From Vicugna vicugna (taxonomy: Eukaryota): a DNA stretch of 64,000 bases. Where the stretch lies: NCBI GenBank assembly GCA_013265495.1, contig MU058065.1:6138302-6202301 (forward strand). Reading direction: 5' to 3'. The notes beneath the pieces were generated by a model. The model saw nothing but the letters and a program-made list of their open reading frames with translations, made no database searches and had not been told where the DNA came from. The first letter of the stretch is position 1; the number at the start of each line of letters is the position of its first letter. Positions 41,513 through 53,488 of this stretch are shown here, piece after piece. Position numbers and translations under genes: made by a program.

Positions 41513-41647
41513 ATGAGGACTGGGGACAACGGGGACTACACCATGAATTCCGGATCATGCCTGAGTGCCAGCACAATGGCTGTGCCCACCATCACTGGCA
41601 GTAGTGCAGCCATGAGTGCCTGCAATAGCAGCAATGCTAGTGCCTGT
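41513..41647 (+). CDS. CFAP65: CFAP65 first coding segment (exon 4; start codon inferred)
   Basis: MRTGDNGDYTMNSGSCLSASTMAVPTITGSSAAMSACNSSNASAC. Donor TGT|gtgagg is phase 0, compatible with the next exon. Confidence 0.6.
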
Positions 41648-42039
41648 GTGAGGACACATGTGGGGCGGGTGGAGCGGGGTGCAGCAGGACTGGGCCAGGG
41701 GGATGGGTTTCAGGGCAGTGGGGCTAGGAATCTGAGAGGACTCTGCTCTCCTGTCTAAACCCCAGCAGTAGACCCTGCATATACCAAGCCCCACGTGGAA
41801 TGGAGTGGTGGTAGTCCTGAGCATGACAGTGGAGGAGAGGAGGACGTAGGGAGATGTTAGTCGGAGGCTGATAGAGTAGCGAGTGATTCTCTCTTCTTTC
41901 AAAAAGCTCCTCTGGTCTTGACCCTTAGGGCTTTATGTTTGTCCAATGGGTGAAAGTTGTTTACTTTTTGCAGCTCTTGGGGTTCTCTCTATATGATAGC
42001 ACAGGGCCAGAGTTGGGGGATGATTGTCTAGGGGTGTGA

Positions 42040-42512
42040 CTATGGGGTATGACTGTGCAGTGTGTGTCTGTGTCGTGTGTGAATTCTCACGTCTCCTTAG
42101 ACATGATGGTTGCATTTGCCTCCCTGTGGACCGGGAGTCATCCCACCCTGCCACCTGTGCCATTCTGGCCCAGTTTGCTCTCAGATTCATTCACTGCACT
42201 TCCTATCTCTGCTCTGAGCTGGCAGGTGATTGGAAGGTGGGAGGAAGGGAGAAACCAGGGTGTTTCTCTTCTTCCCTCTCTGCTTTTGACAGTGTCTCCA
42301 TCAGCAACTGCATCTCCCCATGATGCCAGTCCCCACCAGACAGACCTCTGGGCTCTGAGAACCCCATCACCTCACCTAACCTACATGTGGTAGCAGCTTC
42401 TTGATTTTGCAAACTTTGGGGTTACTTCACTATCCTCTGGTTGTGCATTAAATTCCTTGTTTGAAATGCCTGGAGTGGCTTCTGTTTTCCTAGTTGAGCC
42501 CTGCCTGATGCA
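42040..42512 (+). mobile_element. ERVL-type solo LTR (LTR33/LTR16-like)
   Basis: 3' end ttgtgcattaaattccttgtttgaaatgcctggagtggcttctgttttcctagttgagccctgcctgatgca. Left end is approximate. Confidence 0.55.
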
Positions 42513-43528
42513 CCAACTGATTTATAATAAATTATCCTTGCTCACCTATGTTACCTTTCCTCCATGGGCAAATCAGGCCATCTGACACACTCTGTAAATG
42601 TTGAAACTGAAATGTAAGCTCCAAGAGAGGAGATTTGTCAGTCTTGTTCACTGTTATATTCTCGGCACCTAGCATCACAGGTAGTCAACAAATATCTATT
42701 GAACAGATAAATATGTATCTGTGTTATGTAATGATATAAAAGCAACACTTGGTTAAAGATAAAATAAAATGGAGTGAGTTGAGCATTCATAGCAATTATT
42801 GGAAGGAAGAGGCACCTGATTCATTCTCCCACCATCTTGCTGCCCCAGGGATTTTTCCATCCCTCTCTCTCCTCAGATAGATAGGGTTTAGGGATCAGCC
42901 CATGAAAGGATTTTCCATTACAGACTGGAAGCATTGGCATAGTGTACTTCTAGGATCTTTAGGAACAGTACTTAGAGTGGCCCCAAAGTCAGGGCGTGGG
43001 ATGTGGGTTGGTCATAGGAAAATTGGCTCTTTTCTCTGCTCCACCAGCCAGGTGAGAGATGGAAGAGAGAATGGCAGAGTATCTTGTGCTCTGGAAGAGT
43101 GCCTGGGCTGGACCACTCAGCTAGGAGAGGCTTCTGTAGGATGGGGAGGAAGGGGTAGGATGGGGAGGAACAGGAGGAGGAGGCAGCACATGAGTGGAAC
43201 AGTATCTGAAGATGCACTGAGGAGCAGAACAGGCCAGCTAAGGCTACTAAAGAGTACTGGGTGGAATGACTGATGAGGCAGCCCAGGGAAGGCTTTAGGG
43301 TCAGGGTCTCAGGGAATCTAGTTGGAAAACCATTCCAGTGATCTCCGAAGAGGTAATATCTGACTCCAGGGCCTGCCTGCCTGTCACCTTTTCTCTCCAG
43401 ACCTTCCTCCAGGGGCAAGGAGGGGTGTAATTCATTACTTTCTGGAGATGGGGAGATCTTTGCCTATTTTCTGGGTCTTTGAATCATACCCCACTTTCTT
43501 CTCCCCCTTCTCCCTGACAACTGAACAG

Positions 43529-43713
43529 CCTGACATCTCCATGGACACTCAGGTGTGCTTCTCCAAGAAACAAGAAAAAGTGAAGAAGAGGGTCATCTGG
43601 GGCATCGAGGTGGCTGAGAAGCTACAGTGGAAAGGCTGGGAGCTGGGAAAAGAGATCACCAAGAACCTGGTTCTGAAAAATCTGTCCTTGAAAATCCAGA
43701 AGATAAAGTACAG
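43529..43713 (+). CDS. CFAP65: CFAP65 coding exon
   Basis: [62 protein letters not shown]; ag|gtatta. The acceptor position is less certain than the donor. Confidence 0.85.
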
Positions 43714-43779
43714 GTATTAATATGAGGGATCAGGGACCAACCTCCTGAGCCCTCAAGTCCCCAAAGCAGACATTCTTAA

Positions 43780-46700
43780 TTTTTTTTTAATGTCATATAA
43801 AACTAGAAGAGTGTATGAAATATGTACGGTTTGCATAATTGTTGAAAGTAGAACTAGGTGACCAGATTAAATAATGGAATAATAACAGTGTCTGAAGCTC
43901 ACCTTCTCCCTTAAGTGTCCCTCCCCTCTTGGAATACCTTCCCCACCCATGAAGGTAACCATTAGTCTGACTTTCATGATAATGATTTTCTTACTTTTCT
44001 CAGAAGAATTTACCACTTACGTTTACATCCATAAACGATACAGTTTAATTTTACCTTCTTATGAACTTTATATAAGCAGGATAATATGGTATACTTTAGC
44101 TACTCTTTTATTTTGTTCAATTATGTTTGTAAGGCTCATCCACATGCAGATATAGTTCATCCTTTTTCATCACAGTATAATATTCCAATGTATGCTTCTA
44201 TGTATTCGTCCATTCTTTTGAAGAATGTTTGGTTTGTTTCTACATTGGGACTGTTATCAACATTAATGTATAGATCTCCTACTGCACAAGTTCGAGTTTT
44301 TCTAGGATAGATACATAAGAGTAGAATTACTGTGACTTAGAACATGTACATGTTTGCTTTTTGTAGATAAAGCCAAACTATTTTCCAAAGTACTTGTATC
44401 CATTTACATTCCCACCAGCCACATATGAGCATTCCCATTTCTCTATATCTTTACCAACAATTGCTATTGTCAAGGTTTAAAAATTTTGCCAATAGTAGTA
44501 ATTAGTTGTGGTTTTAATTTACATTTCTCTGATTACTAATACAGTTGAGTATCTTTTTGTCTGTTACTGGCCATTTTGTGACATTCATGTTTACGTCTGT
44601 GTCCATTTTTCTATTAGATTGTCTTTTTAAAGTTTTAAAAATTGATTTACAATATTATATTAGTTTCAGGTGTACAGCATAGTGATTCAGTGTTTTAATA
44701 GATTATGCTTCATTAAAAGTTATTACAAGATAATGTCTATAATTCCCTGTGCTTATCCTATATATCCAATATATCCTTGTTGCTTATCTCTTTTACACAT
44801 AGTAGTTTGTATCTCTTAATCCCACACTCATATCTTACCCCTCCTGCCTTCCTTTATCCCATTGGTAACCGCTTAATCACTAGTTTGTTTTCTATACCTG
44901 TGAGTCTGTTTCTGTTTTGCTATACACATTCATTTGTTTTATTTTTTAGGTTCCACGTATAAGTGGTATCATACAGTATTTGCCTTTCTCTGTCTGACTT
45001 ATTTCTGTAAGCATAATATTCTCTCTGTCCATCCATGTTGTTGCAAATGGATGAATTTCATTTTTTTTATGGCTGAGTAATATTATATTGTGTGTGTGTG
45101 CGCGTGCACGTATCTGTATGTAGATATATAGCCATTTGTCTGTAATGGACACTTGGGTTGCTTCAGTAACTTTAGTGATGCTATGAACATTGGGGTGCAT
45201 GTTATCTTTTCCAATTAGTGTTTTTCTTTTTTTCGAATATACATCCAGGTGTGAAATTGCTGGGTCATATGGTAGTTTTATTTTTAGTTTTTTGAGAAGC
45301 TCCCATACCGTTTTCCATGATGGCTGCACCAATTTACATTCCCACCAATAGCATACAAGGGTTCCCTTTTCTCCACATCCTTCCTAACACTTTTTATTTG
45401 TAGACTTTTTGATGATAGCCATTCTGATGGGTGTGAGGTAATATCTCATTGTTGTTTTGATTTGCATTTCTCTAAAGATTAGCAATATTGAGCATCTTTT
45501 CATCTGCCTGTTAGCGATCTATTATGTCTTCTTTGTTAGACTGTCTTTTTTTTAACAGAAGTTCTTATCATGGGTACTAATTCTTTGTCAGTTATGTGTT
45601 GTGAGTATCTTCTTTTACTTGTGACTTGTCGTTTCCTCTGTCATGTCTTTTGAAGAAAAGAAGTTCTTAATTTCGAAGGAATCAAATGTACCAATCTTTT
45701 TCTCTGGTGTTTGATACTTTTTTAAAATCTTGCTTAAGTTCTTCTCTACCCTTGCCTAGGTCATGAAGATAGTCTCCTATAGTATCTTCTAAAGATGTTG
45801 TAATTTTGCCTTTCATGTTTGTCTTTTATCTTTATGGAATTGATATTTGTGAACGGTTTGAAGTAGGGATCTGGTAACATTTTTTTCCCTCAACAAATGT
45901 CCAATTGTCCCAACACCATTCATTGAAAAGTTCATACTTTCCCTGATGATCTCCCCACTCCTGATGTGTATCTTGTCCACATATATATATATGGATGCAT
46001 TTCTGAACTCTGTTCTGTCTCCCTGCTCTACTTGTCTCTCCCTGGACCAATATCATCTTGAATAGATCTTGATTATCTTGTAATGTAAGTTCTCCGACAT
46101 CTTTCTTATTCAAGATTTTCTTAGCTATCCTTGGCTCTGAACTTTCACACATACCTTCAAATCAGCTTATCACACATACACATAAACAATTTTTGAGATT
46201 TTGATTGGGATTTAGTTGAACCTATAAATCAATTTGGGGAAAACTGACCATTACAAATTGAGTCTTTCAGGAACATGGTGTATCTGTATTTCCTTAGGCC
46301 TTTTTTCCTGTCTTGCAATAAAATGTAAAATTTTCTCCATAGATGTCTTACACATCTTTAGAGTTTTTCGCAAGTATTTTATATTTTTGACGATGCTAAG
46401 TGTGAGATCTTTTAAAGTTGTTTCATTTTCTGCTTGTTGCTAGTATTTTAGAAAGTCATTTCTAAAAATATGAATTTTTTTCCATAACTTTGTGTCCAGC
46501 AACCTTGGTAAATTCTCTCATTAATTCTAATAATGTATTTGTTAATTCTTTTTTCCATGTGCACATTCATATCTTGTATGAAAATGGCATTTTTTTCTTC
46601 CTTCAAATCCTTGTATCCTTTCTTTCTTTGTCTTTTCTTATTGCACTGTGGAAAAGGAAAGTGCTGAACAGAAGTGGTTGTAGAAGGCGTCCTTGTTTTG

Positions 46701-47410
46701 TTCAGGGTCTCAACGTGAAAGATTCTAGTGTTTCACCATTAATTTGTATGTTTCCTGTATTTTTTTTTTTAGACTTTATCAGGTTAAGGAAGTTCTCTCT
46801 TATTCCTAGGTAGCTTAGGGTTTTTCTCTTAAACATATGTTGAAGTTTATTTAATATTTTTCTTTATTGAGATGACCATTTGATTTTTTTCTCTTAATTT
46901 GTTAGTATGGTGAATACATTAATTGGTTTTCTATGTTAAATCAACTGTGTATTCCTAGAATAAGCCCAGCTTGGTCACAATAGAGTATTCTTTCTATACA
47001 CATTGCTAAATTCTTTTCACCAATATTTTGTTTATGGGTGATACTGGCCTGTAATTTCCCTTTTTTCTCATAACTGCCAGGTTTTGATAATAACATGATG
47101 GATTCATAGAATATGTTGGTGAGTGTTTGTGTTCTGTTACTGGGAAGATAAGGCTAGAATTATTGAATGCGTGGTTCAGCCTGCTGTGAAGCCATCGGCT
47201 CTGTCTCCTTTGTGGGAAGGTTTTTGACTATGTCTTCAATTTTTAGGATAATTTTAGGTAGGGTGACTGTAAAATTTATTGTATAATTCTTGAGTCAGTT
47301 TTGGTCAATTATAATTAGGAATGTATTTATTTTATCTAAACTTTAACAATTATTGGTACAGAGTTTTCGACAATATCATCTTCTTATTAGTATTTTTGAA
47401 GTCTGCAGTA
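43780..47410 (-). mobile_element. Degraded old L1 (L1M-type) filling a CFAP65 intron
   Basis: T-rich antisense L1 phrases throughout (ttttccaaagtacttgtatccatttacattcccaccagc; ttgagattttgattgggatt; ttcctagaataagcccagcttggtca). Confidence 0.8.
44629..45535 (-). mobile_element. Younger L1 3' portion nested in the old L1
   Basis: ORF 44946-45332(-) [25 protein letters not shown]... is L1 ORF2p C-terminus-like. Target-site duplication ttaga(t/c)tgtcttttt at 44614-44628 and 45536-45550. Confidence 0.85.
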
Positions 47411-47829
47411 TCTCTAGTTTTGACCCACCTTGGAACTCTACAGTTCTGCTGAGGTCTCTGCTTGGAAAGGCGTCCCTGGAATCTCCATTCATAGCTTTGG
47501 TTTCCCCCAACTAAGGGCTCAGGGATGTGGTTAAATCAGAGCAGCCTTCCCCATCCCAGGCCCTACTGACCACCATGTGCCCCTGAGGTACAGGTGCTGC
47601 TCCTCTTGCCCCATATCTTTTCATCCAGTGCTGTGACACACGGAGTGAAGGTCTGCAAGAAAAGGGACAGGATGAGGGAGACAGGTCCTCCAGGGACAGA
47701 ACCCCTGCGTTTCCCCTTCCACAGTCCCACGGACTCAAGCCTGCTTGGCTTTCCAGGGTCTTCCCTAATCTTTCTGCCCCTTCTAGTTTTCTAAACCTCA
47801 AGTGTTTATCCCCTGGCTCTCTCCCACAG

Positions 47830-47932
47830 GCCCCCCAAGACCAAGTTCTTCTTCACGGTCATCCCGCAGCCCATCTTCCTGAGCCCAGGCATAACCCTCT
47901 CACTCCCCATCATCTTCCGGCCTCTGGAGGAG
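47830..47932 (+). CDS. CFAP65: CFAP65 coding exon
   Basis: [34 protein letters not shown]; cacag| and |gtaagg. Confidence 0.93.
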
Positions 47933-48445
47933 GTAAGGTCGGTCACCATGAGTGGAGGGCAGGGAGGATCACAGGCACCTTGGAGCAGGAGACAGGGCAG
48001 AGCAGCAAGGAGCTGCCCTACCACACTCATATCCCACTGGCTGTAGCCAAAACTCTAGATTGGAAAGCCCTGGAGAGGCTTAGACCCTAAACTCATTAGA
48101 TACAGGGGCTTCCCAGTTGCACGTTGGTGGAGGAAGCCTATGTTACTGTGTTGGCCATCAGAAAGCCCTGGATTCCTTGGCCTTTTCCTGTTCTCAGAAA
48201 TGTTCCCCCAAATATTCTGTTCCTCACAAAAGAGGTCCCATATCTCTGAGATCAAGACAGTGCTGGAGAACAGGTAACTGACCCTCTTCAGAGACTGAGA
48301 TGGAGGACCATGGCCCAACCCAGCCCTCAGCGGTTGTGTTGAGGGGATGGCCAAGGGCCGGACAGGATGAAGTGAGTGGTCCTTGAGTACCACCCAGGTG
48401 CCACTGATCAGCGAACGCCTCTGCCTCCCCGCCCCCACACTGCAG

Positions 48446-48612
48446 AAGGAGTACACGGACCAGCTGTGGTTTGAGAAAGCAGAGGGGATGTTCTGTGTGG
48501 AACTGAGGGCCACCCTGCCTTGCCACAATCTGATCTGCCCACCGTCCCTGCAGTTGCCCATGTGTGCCATGGGGTACATGGCCGAGGCCTGGTTCTGCCT
48601 GGACAACGTGGG
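48446..48612 (+). CDS. CFAP65: CFAP65 coding exon
   Basis: KEYTDQLWFEKAEGMFCVELRATLPCHNLICPPSLQLPMCAMGYMAEAWFCLDNVG. Confidence 0.93.
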
Positions 48613-48801
48613 GTGAGGGGAGTGGTGGAGGCTCAGAGGTGGGAGGGGTGAAAACTGTGAGGAGGGTCCCTGGGAGCAGGAGAGACTGGCATGTCTGGTG
48701 GTGAAAGTGGGTAGGGGGTTCAAGGGGGCGTCTCCGCCTTTCTAAAGCAGGGGCAGTGGTCAGAGTGAGCCCAGTGGCTCTGACCTGCCCACTCCCTCCA
48801 G

Positions 48802-49001
48802 GGACCTTCCCACCTTCTTCACCTGGGAGTCCCCCAGCCCCTTTCAGATGCTGCCCACCACGGGGCTGCTGGAGCCAGGCCAGGCCTGCCAGATCAAGGT
48901 GACCTTTCACCCAATTCTGGCTGTCATCTATGAAGTTCAGGCCACGTGCTGGTACGGGGAGGGCAGCAAGCAGAAGATCAGCATCCGGCTGCAGGCTGTG
49001 G
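48802..49001 (+). CDS. CFAP65: CFAP65 coding exon
   Basis: DLPTFFTWESPSPFQMLPTTGLLEPGQACQIKVTFHP...IRLQAV; phase 2 to 1. Confidence 0.93.
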
Positions 49002-49296
49002 GTGAGGCCCGGCCTCTCACCTGTCCCCAGAGTCCCCCTGCTGCACCTCCCTGGGTCTCAAAGCTTCAGTGTGCCCCTGCTCCGGCCTGCAACCCACCCT
49101 GGCCTGGCCCACAGGGGACCTCCTCCAGCCTCCTGCCCTCCCCCGAGCCCTGCAGGCTTTGCCTTTTCTTTTCTTTCTTTGGTGTCACAGACTGGTGTTT
49201 CCCTGGAGACACCTGTCTTCTTTGAGGGCTATTTAGCTGGGGCCACAGAGACCCTCCTGGTGGGTTTCTCCCCAAACCACCCCATCCCTGCCCCAG

Positions 49297-49442
49297 CTAA
49301 ATGCGCACAGCTGCTGGTGAGCATAAAGCAGAAGCGCCCAGAGGACCAGGATGTCGAGGGCTTCCAGAAAGTGTTGCACTTTGGCTCTGTTGCTGTGGGC
49401 TGCACCGCTGAAAGGCAAATCAAGCTGTATAACCCGTCAGTG
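49297..49442 (+). CDS. CFAP65: CFAP65 coding exon
   Basis: AKCAQLLVSIKQKRPEDQDVEGFQKVLHFGSVAVGCTAERQIKLYNPSV. Confidence 0.93.
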
Positions 49443-49914
49443 GTATGCGTCCTGTGCATATAAGGGAGGTGGGGGCAGGGACCACAGGGCCAGGTGCTCT
49501 TAAAACCCACCCCCTGTACAGAATGCTACAAGCCCCACGTAACCCTTGTCTGTTGATACACTCAGGTGTCAACAGGGGTCCCCTCTCCTCTCAGCTGGGA
49601 GCTGGGCTGGGATATCCCTTGGCCCCCAGAGCAACTCCAAGAGCAGCCCTAAGTTTATCCTGGTGCCAGGATACAGCTAGCTTTTATGATACCTTTGGGA
49701 AAAGAAAAAGGTGCCCCCTCTGGGCGGTCCCAATGCAGAGCACCTGGTTTGGCCCGTTCCTTCCTCCTGAGGGTGTCAGCCTCGCTCCATGATCAGAGTT
49801 GACAAGTGGGGCACAGGTGGGACAACAGGTGCCCTCACCCCCTCGGCTGGGCACTTTGAGACAGACTGCCTCACCCTGTGACCTGACCCCTCCCGCCTCC
49901 ACCTGGCCCCACAG

Positions 49915-50137
49915 GTAAGCGCCCCCTTCAGGATTGAAGTGGCTCCAGACATGCTGGCCAAAGACCAGGTCTTCTCGTGCCCGACGGCCCATGGCATCGT
50001 GCCCCCGGGAGAAAAGAAATGTGTGTCAGTGTTCTTCCACCCAGAGACCCTGGACGTCAGGACTGTGGACTACTTGTCCATCATGACCTCTGGCTGTGCC
50101 TCCCAAACCCTGCTCAAAGTTGTTGGTTTCTGTAGAG
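49915..50137 (+). CDS. CFAP65: CFAP65 coding exon
   Basis: VSAPFRIEVAPDMLAKDQVFSCPTAHGIVPPGEKKCVSVFFHP...KVVGFCR; phase 0 to 1. Confidence 0.92.
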
Positions 50138-50256
50138 GTACTGGCAACCCTAGGACCCTGCACTCCCTCTGGAGACAGAAGCAGCCCATGCCTATGGTTG
50201 GCAAGTGCCCGCTCCTAAAGAGTCCAGCGCCTTCCTGCCCTCAGCCTGGGTATCTG

Positions 50257-50270
50257 CTGCCCCCTGGTGG
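50257..50270 (-). promoter_or_regulatory. Strong CTCF core motif in a CFAP65 intron
   Basis: Minus strand reads CCACCAGGGGGCAG, a 14/14 match to CCASYAGRKGGCRS. Confidence 0.65.
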
Positions 50271-50505
50271 GCTCAGTGAGGAATCAGTTACGGACACTTG
50301 GAGATAATGTTGCCATGCTAACGTGGTGACCTGGAGGTCTTCTCAGGCCTCTGGGGCTCTGGGCTTTTCCAATCCAGTCTTCTGTCTCCAGGCAGTGCCA
50401 CCTCCCATCAGTGGTACCCTTTCTGAGACATCCTCGGGGAAGCTGATACCCCAGCCCCACCCAGGTGGCAAGGCCCACTCACAGGGCCCCATCTCCTGTG
50501 CCCAG

Positions 50506-50771
50506 GTCCTGATGTGTCCCTGCAGCACTACTGCGTCGACTTCAGCTGGGTCAACCTTGGAGAGCGCTCGGAGCAGTGCCTGTGGATTGAGAACAAGTCG
50601 GACTGCACGGCTCACTTCCAGTTCGCCATTGACTGTCAGGAGAGCGTCTTCAGCATCAGACCTGCCGTCGGGACCCTGGTGGGCAAGGCCCGCATGACCC
50701 TGCACTGTGCCTTCCAGCCCACTCACCCCATTATCTGCTTTCGGCGGGTGGCCTGTCTCATCCACCATCAG
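50506..50771 (+). CDS. CFAP65: CFAP65 coding exon
   Basis: GPDVSLQHYCVDFSWVNLGERSEQCLWIENKSDC...RRVACLIHHQ. Confidence 0.93.
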
Positions 50772-51124
50772 GTGAGCTGTCCGGGAGAGGTGAGGAAGGG
50801 CCCAGTCTGATGCCCAGTGATGAAGACAATGCTTGGTGCTCAGTCCCCAAAATTCTGGAACTTCTGGAACTTTGGGGCTGAGTGGGCCAGTCTGGCCCTG
50901 ACTGCTGCCAGGGCAGACTTTACCACTGCTGCTGCTGCTAATGGGCTGGGGTAAGGGGATTGGACCTCACCCCACGCAGCAGGTGTGGGGCAGAGAGCCT
51001 TGAAGTGATGACCCCAACCCAGGCCCCTGGAGAAGGTGTTACAAATTGTGCCCTGACCAGCTGGTCCGTGGCTAAGGTGGCGAGTAGAGGCCGAAATCTA
51101 GCCTCACACAGACAAATGTCACAG

Positions 51125-51325
51125 GACCCACTGTTCCTGGACCTGATTGGGACCTGCCACTCGGACAGCACCAAGCCAGCCATCCTGAGGCCTCAGCACC
51201 TCGCTTGGTACCGCACACACCTGGTGCGGGGCCTGACGCTCTACCCCCCCGACATCCTGGGCACGATGCTGAGGGAGAAGAAGCTGGAGCAGGATAAGAA
51301 TGGAGCCCTGATGATTCCCGTTGAG
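51125..51325 (+). CDS. CFAP65: CFAP65 coding exon
   Basis: DPLFLDLIGTCHSDSTKPAILRPQHLAWYRTHL...GALMIPVE; weak donor GAG|gttcgc. Confidence 0.9.
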
Positions 51326-51555
51326 GTTCGCTGGGCCCCTCTGGGGTCCCCAGGGGCAGGCTGCCTTCCCCAGCTTCATGCCCTCTTCTCTAGCATTCTT
51401 GGGCATCCTGTGCTCCAGAGCCCTGGGGGCACTTTTAGTAGTCGGGGGTGATATGTGTGGAGCTCTTGTAGCCTTTTCCAGCAAAGAGCACGAAGATGAG
51501 GGACAGCAAGAGGAATGACAGCTGGGCCCCTGCCCACCCATCTCTCCCCATGCAG

Positions 51556-51915
51556 GACCTGGAGGACACACCAGCCCCACAGTATCCCCTCATCCCCCCC
51601 ATGACCGAGTACTTCTTCGACGGTACCAACGACATGGCCATCTTCCCCCCGCCCGTCAGCATTGAGCCTGTTGAGGTGGATTTTGGTGCCTGTCCCAAGC
51701 CCGAGGACCCCAACCCTGTCCCCCTGTGCCTGATGAACCACACCAATGGCAAGATCACTGTGGCCTGGACATGCAGGTCTGACTGCCCCTTCTGGGTGAC
51801 CCCCAACACCTGCGATGTGCCCCCACTCAAGTCCATGGCCATGCGCCTGCACTTCCAGCCGCCTTACCCCAACTGCCTCTACACCGTGGAGCTCGAAGCC
51901 TTTGCTGTCTATAAG
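51556..51915 (+). CDS. CFAP65: CFAP65 coding exon
   Basis: DLEDTPAPQYPLIPPMTEYFFDG...VELEAFAVYK, 360 nt. Confidence 0.93.
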
Positions 51916-52744
51916 GTGTGTGCGGGCAGATGAGACAGGGAATGTGGGTTCTCTGCCTTGGGGACTGTATGGCAGGGTGTGGGGTTGGAGTGGGTGATAG
52001 GTGTAATGGAGGATCCAGCCTCTCTGTCCCAGATTCTGCTCCCTCTCCTCCTTGTCTTCTGGGCTAGACTGCATGCTGGGTGGTTTGTCTTCTCCCAGGC
52101 TTGTGGCCTGCCTTGGCTGAGGGGCTTCCTGGCCCATCTGGTTATGTCTCACTCACATGTGCCTCCCACCCTCCCTGGAGGGAGGACTTAGGGGAGCTCA
52201 AGCCCCTTGGAAAATTTTAGTGCGCAGGGAGTAGTTTCCTGGGGCTCCTGGCTTCTCTCTAGTTCCTGAGGTAGAAAGTGGTCCCTCTAAAGGAGTGGTG
52301 GGCAGAAACTAAGGCCTGGAGGATGGAGTCAGGGGCACCGGCTATTAGGGAAGGGGCTTCTAGCACAACTTCCTATGATCAGGGAACTGGCAGTCCCAGC
52401 CAGCCTCAAAGTCCCTCCTCATCTCCAGTCAGTCCTGCCCTTTCCCTCCCTTCTGCCTTCCCTGTTCTCTCCCAGTGGAGGGAAGAGCAGAGCCATGCAG
52501 TCAAGATTAGAGCCCTTACCAGCTATGTGACCTTGGGCATGCTCCTTAATGTCTCTGAGCCCCGGTCTTTTTATCTATAAACTTAGAATCACATCCAAAC
52601 TTTTAAGAAGTTTTTCCAAAGCTGAGTCTTCAGTTGCCTCTAATATCTTGGCATTCGGGGGACATGGAGGTTTGTTGGAATGAGGCTGTGGACACCTGTC
52701 TTTGATGAGCCCATCAGACTTTTAAGTTATAGGCTCAAGCCCTT

Positions 52745-53064
52745 CGCTGTTTGTTACACCAACCACCCACATGTGGCCGCTGAGCACTTGAACTGTGTCT
52801 AGTCCCAACTAAGATGGGCTGTAAGTGGATGAGACCTGCTGATTTCCAAAACTTAGCATGAAAAGAATGCAAGATGCCTCACGCATCACTTATATATTGA
52901 TTATATGTTGAAATGAAAAGATTTGGGGTCTACTGGGTTAAATAAAATGTATTATTGAAAGTAATTTTACATGTTTCACTTTGTCGATGCGGCTACTAGA
53001 ACATTTAAAGTGACGTTTGCGGCTCACACTTGTGGCCTGCATTATATTTCTATTGGCCAGTGCT
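52745..53064 (+). mobile_element. MER33-like hAT-Charlie element
   Basis: ccacatgtggccgctgagcacttgaa...attatatgttgaaatg...ggttaaataaaatgtattatt...attatatttctattggccagtgct. Confidence 0.75.
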
Positions 53065-53350
53065 TCTCTGGGCACATTCCTGCAGAATGAATGCTGCTTT
53101 CACATCCCAGCCCCACCCTCATCCTGCTGCGAGGATTACAGAGCCCGTGTTTGCTGAGTGTTTGGTGCAGAGCCTGGCACACAGCGGGAGGGACTGTTAT
53201 GACTGCTGTTGTCCGCGCTGTCTTCCCAGGGGGCCTCTGCCTTCTGTGCCCCATGTAGGACTCCTGCAATACAGTGCGGGGTGGCAAGCCAGGGTGCCCC
53301 ACAGGTCGGACACAGGACTCAGCTTGTCCGTGGGTCCGGCCCTCCTGCAG

Positions 53351-53488
53351 GTCCTGCGGAGCTATAACAACATCGAAGAGGACTGCACGGTGTGCCCATC
53401 CTGGTGCCTGACACTCCGGGCGCGGGGCCACAGCTATTCTGCTGCCTTGGAGCACCACATCCCTCAATATTCCCTGGACGCCCCCAAG
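53351..53488 (+). CDS. CFAP65: CFAP65 coding exon
   Basis: VLRSYNNIEEDCTVCPSWCLTLRARGHSYSAALEHHIPQYSLDAPK. Confidence 0.93.

Noticed and set aside
44946..45332. 128-aa ORF as a host gene
   Set aside because: Truncated L1 ORF2p C-terminal remnant.
48055..52152. Several >200-aa minus-strand ORFs (48055-48723, 48224-48910, 51376-52152)
   Set aside because: Antisense to CFAP65 exons in GC-rich DNA; no recognisable protein.
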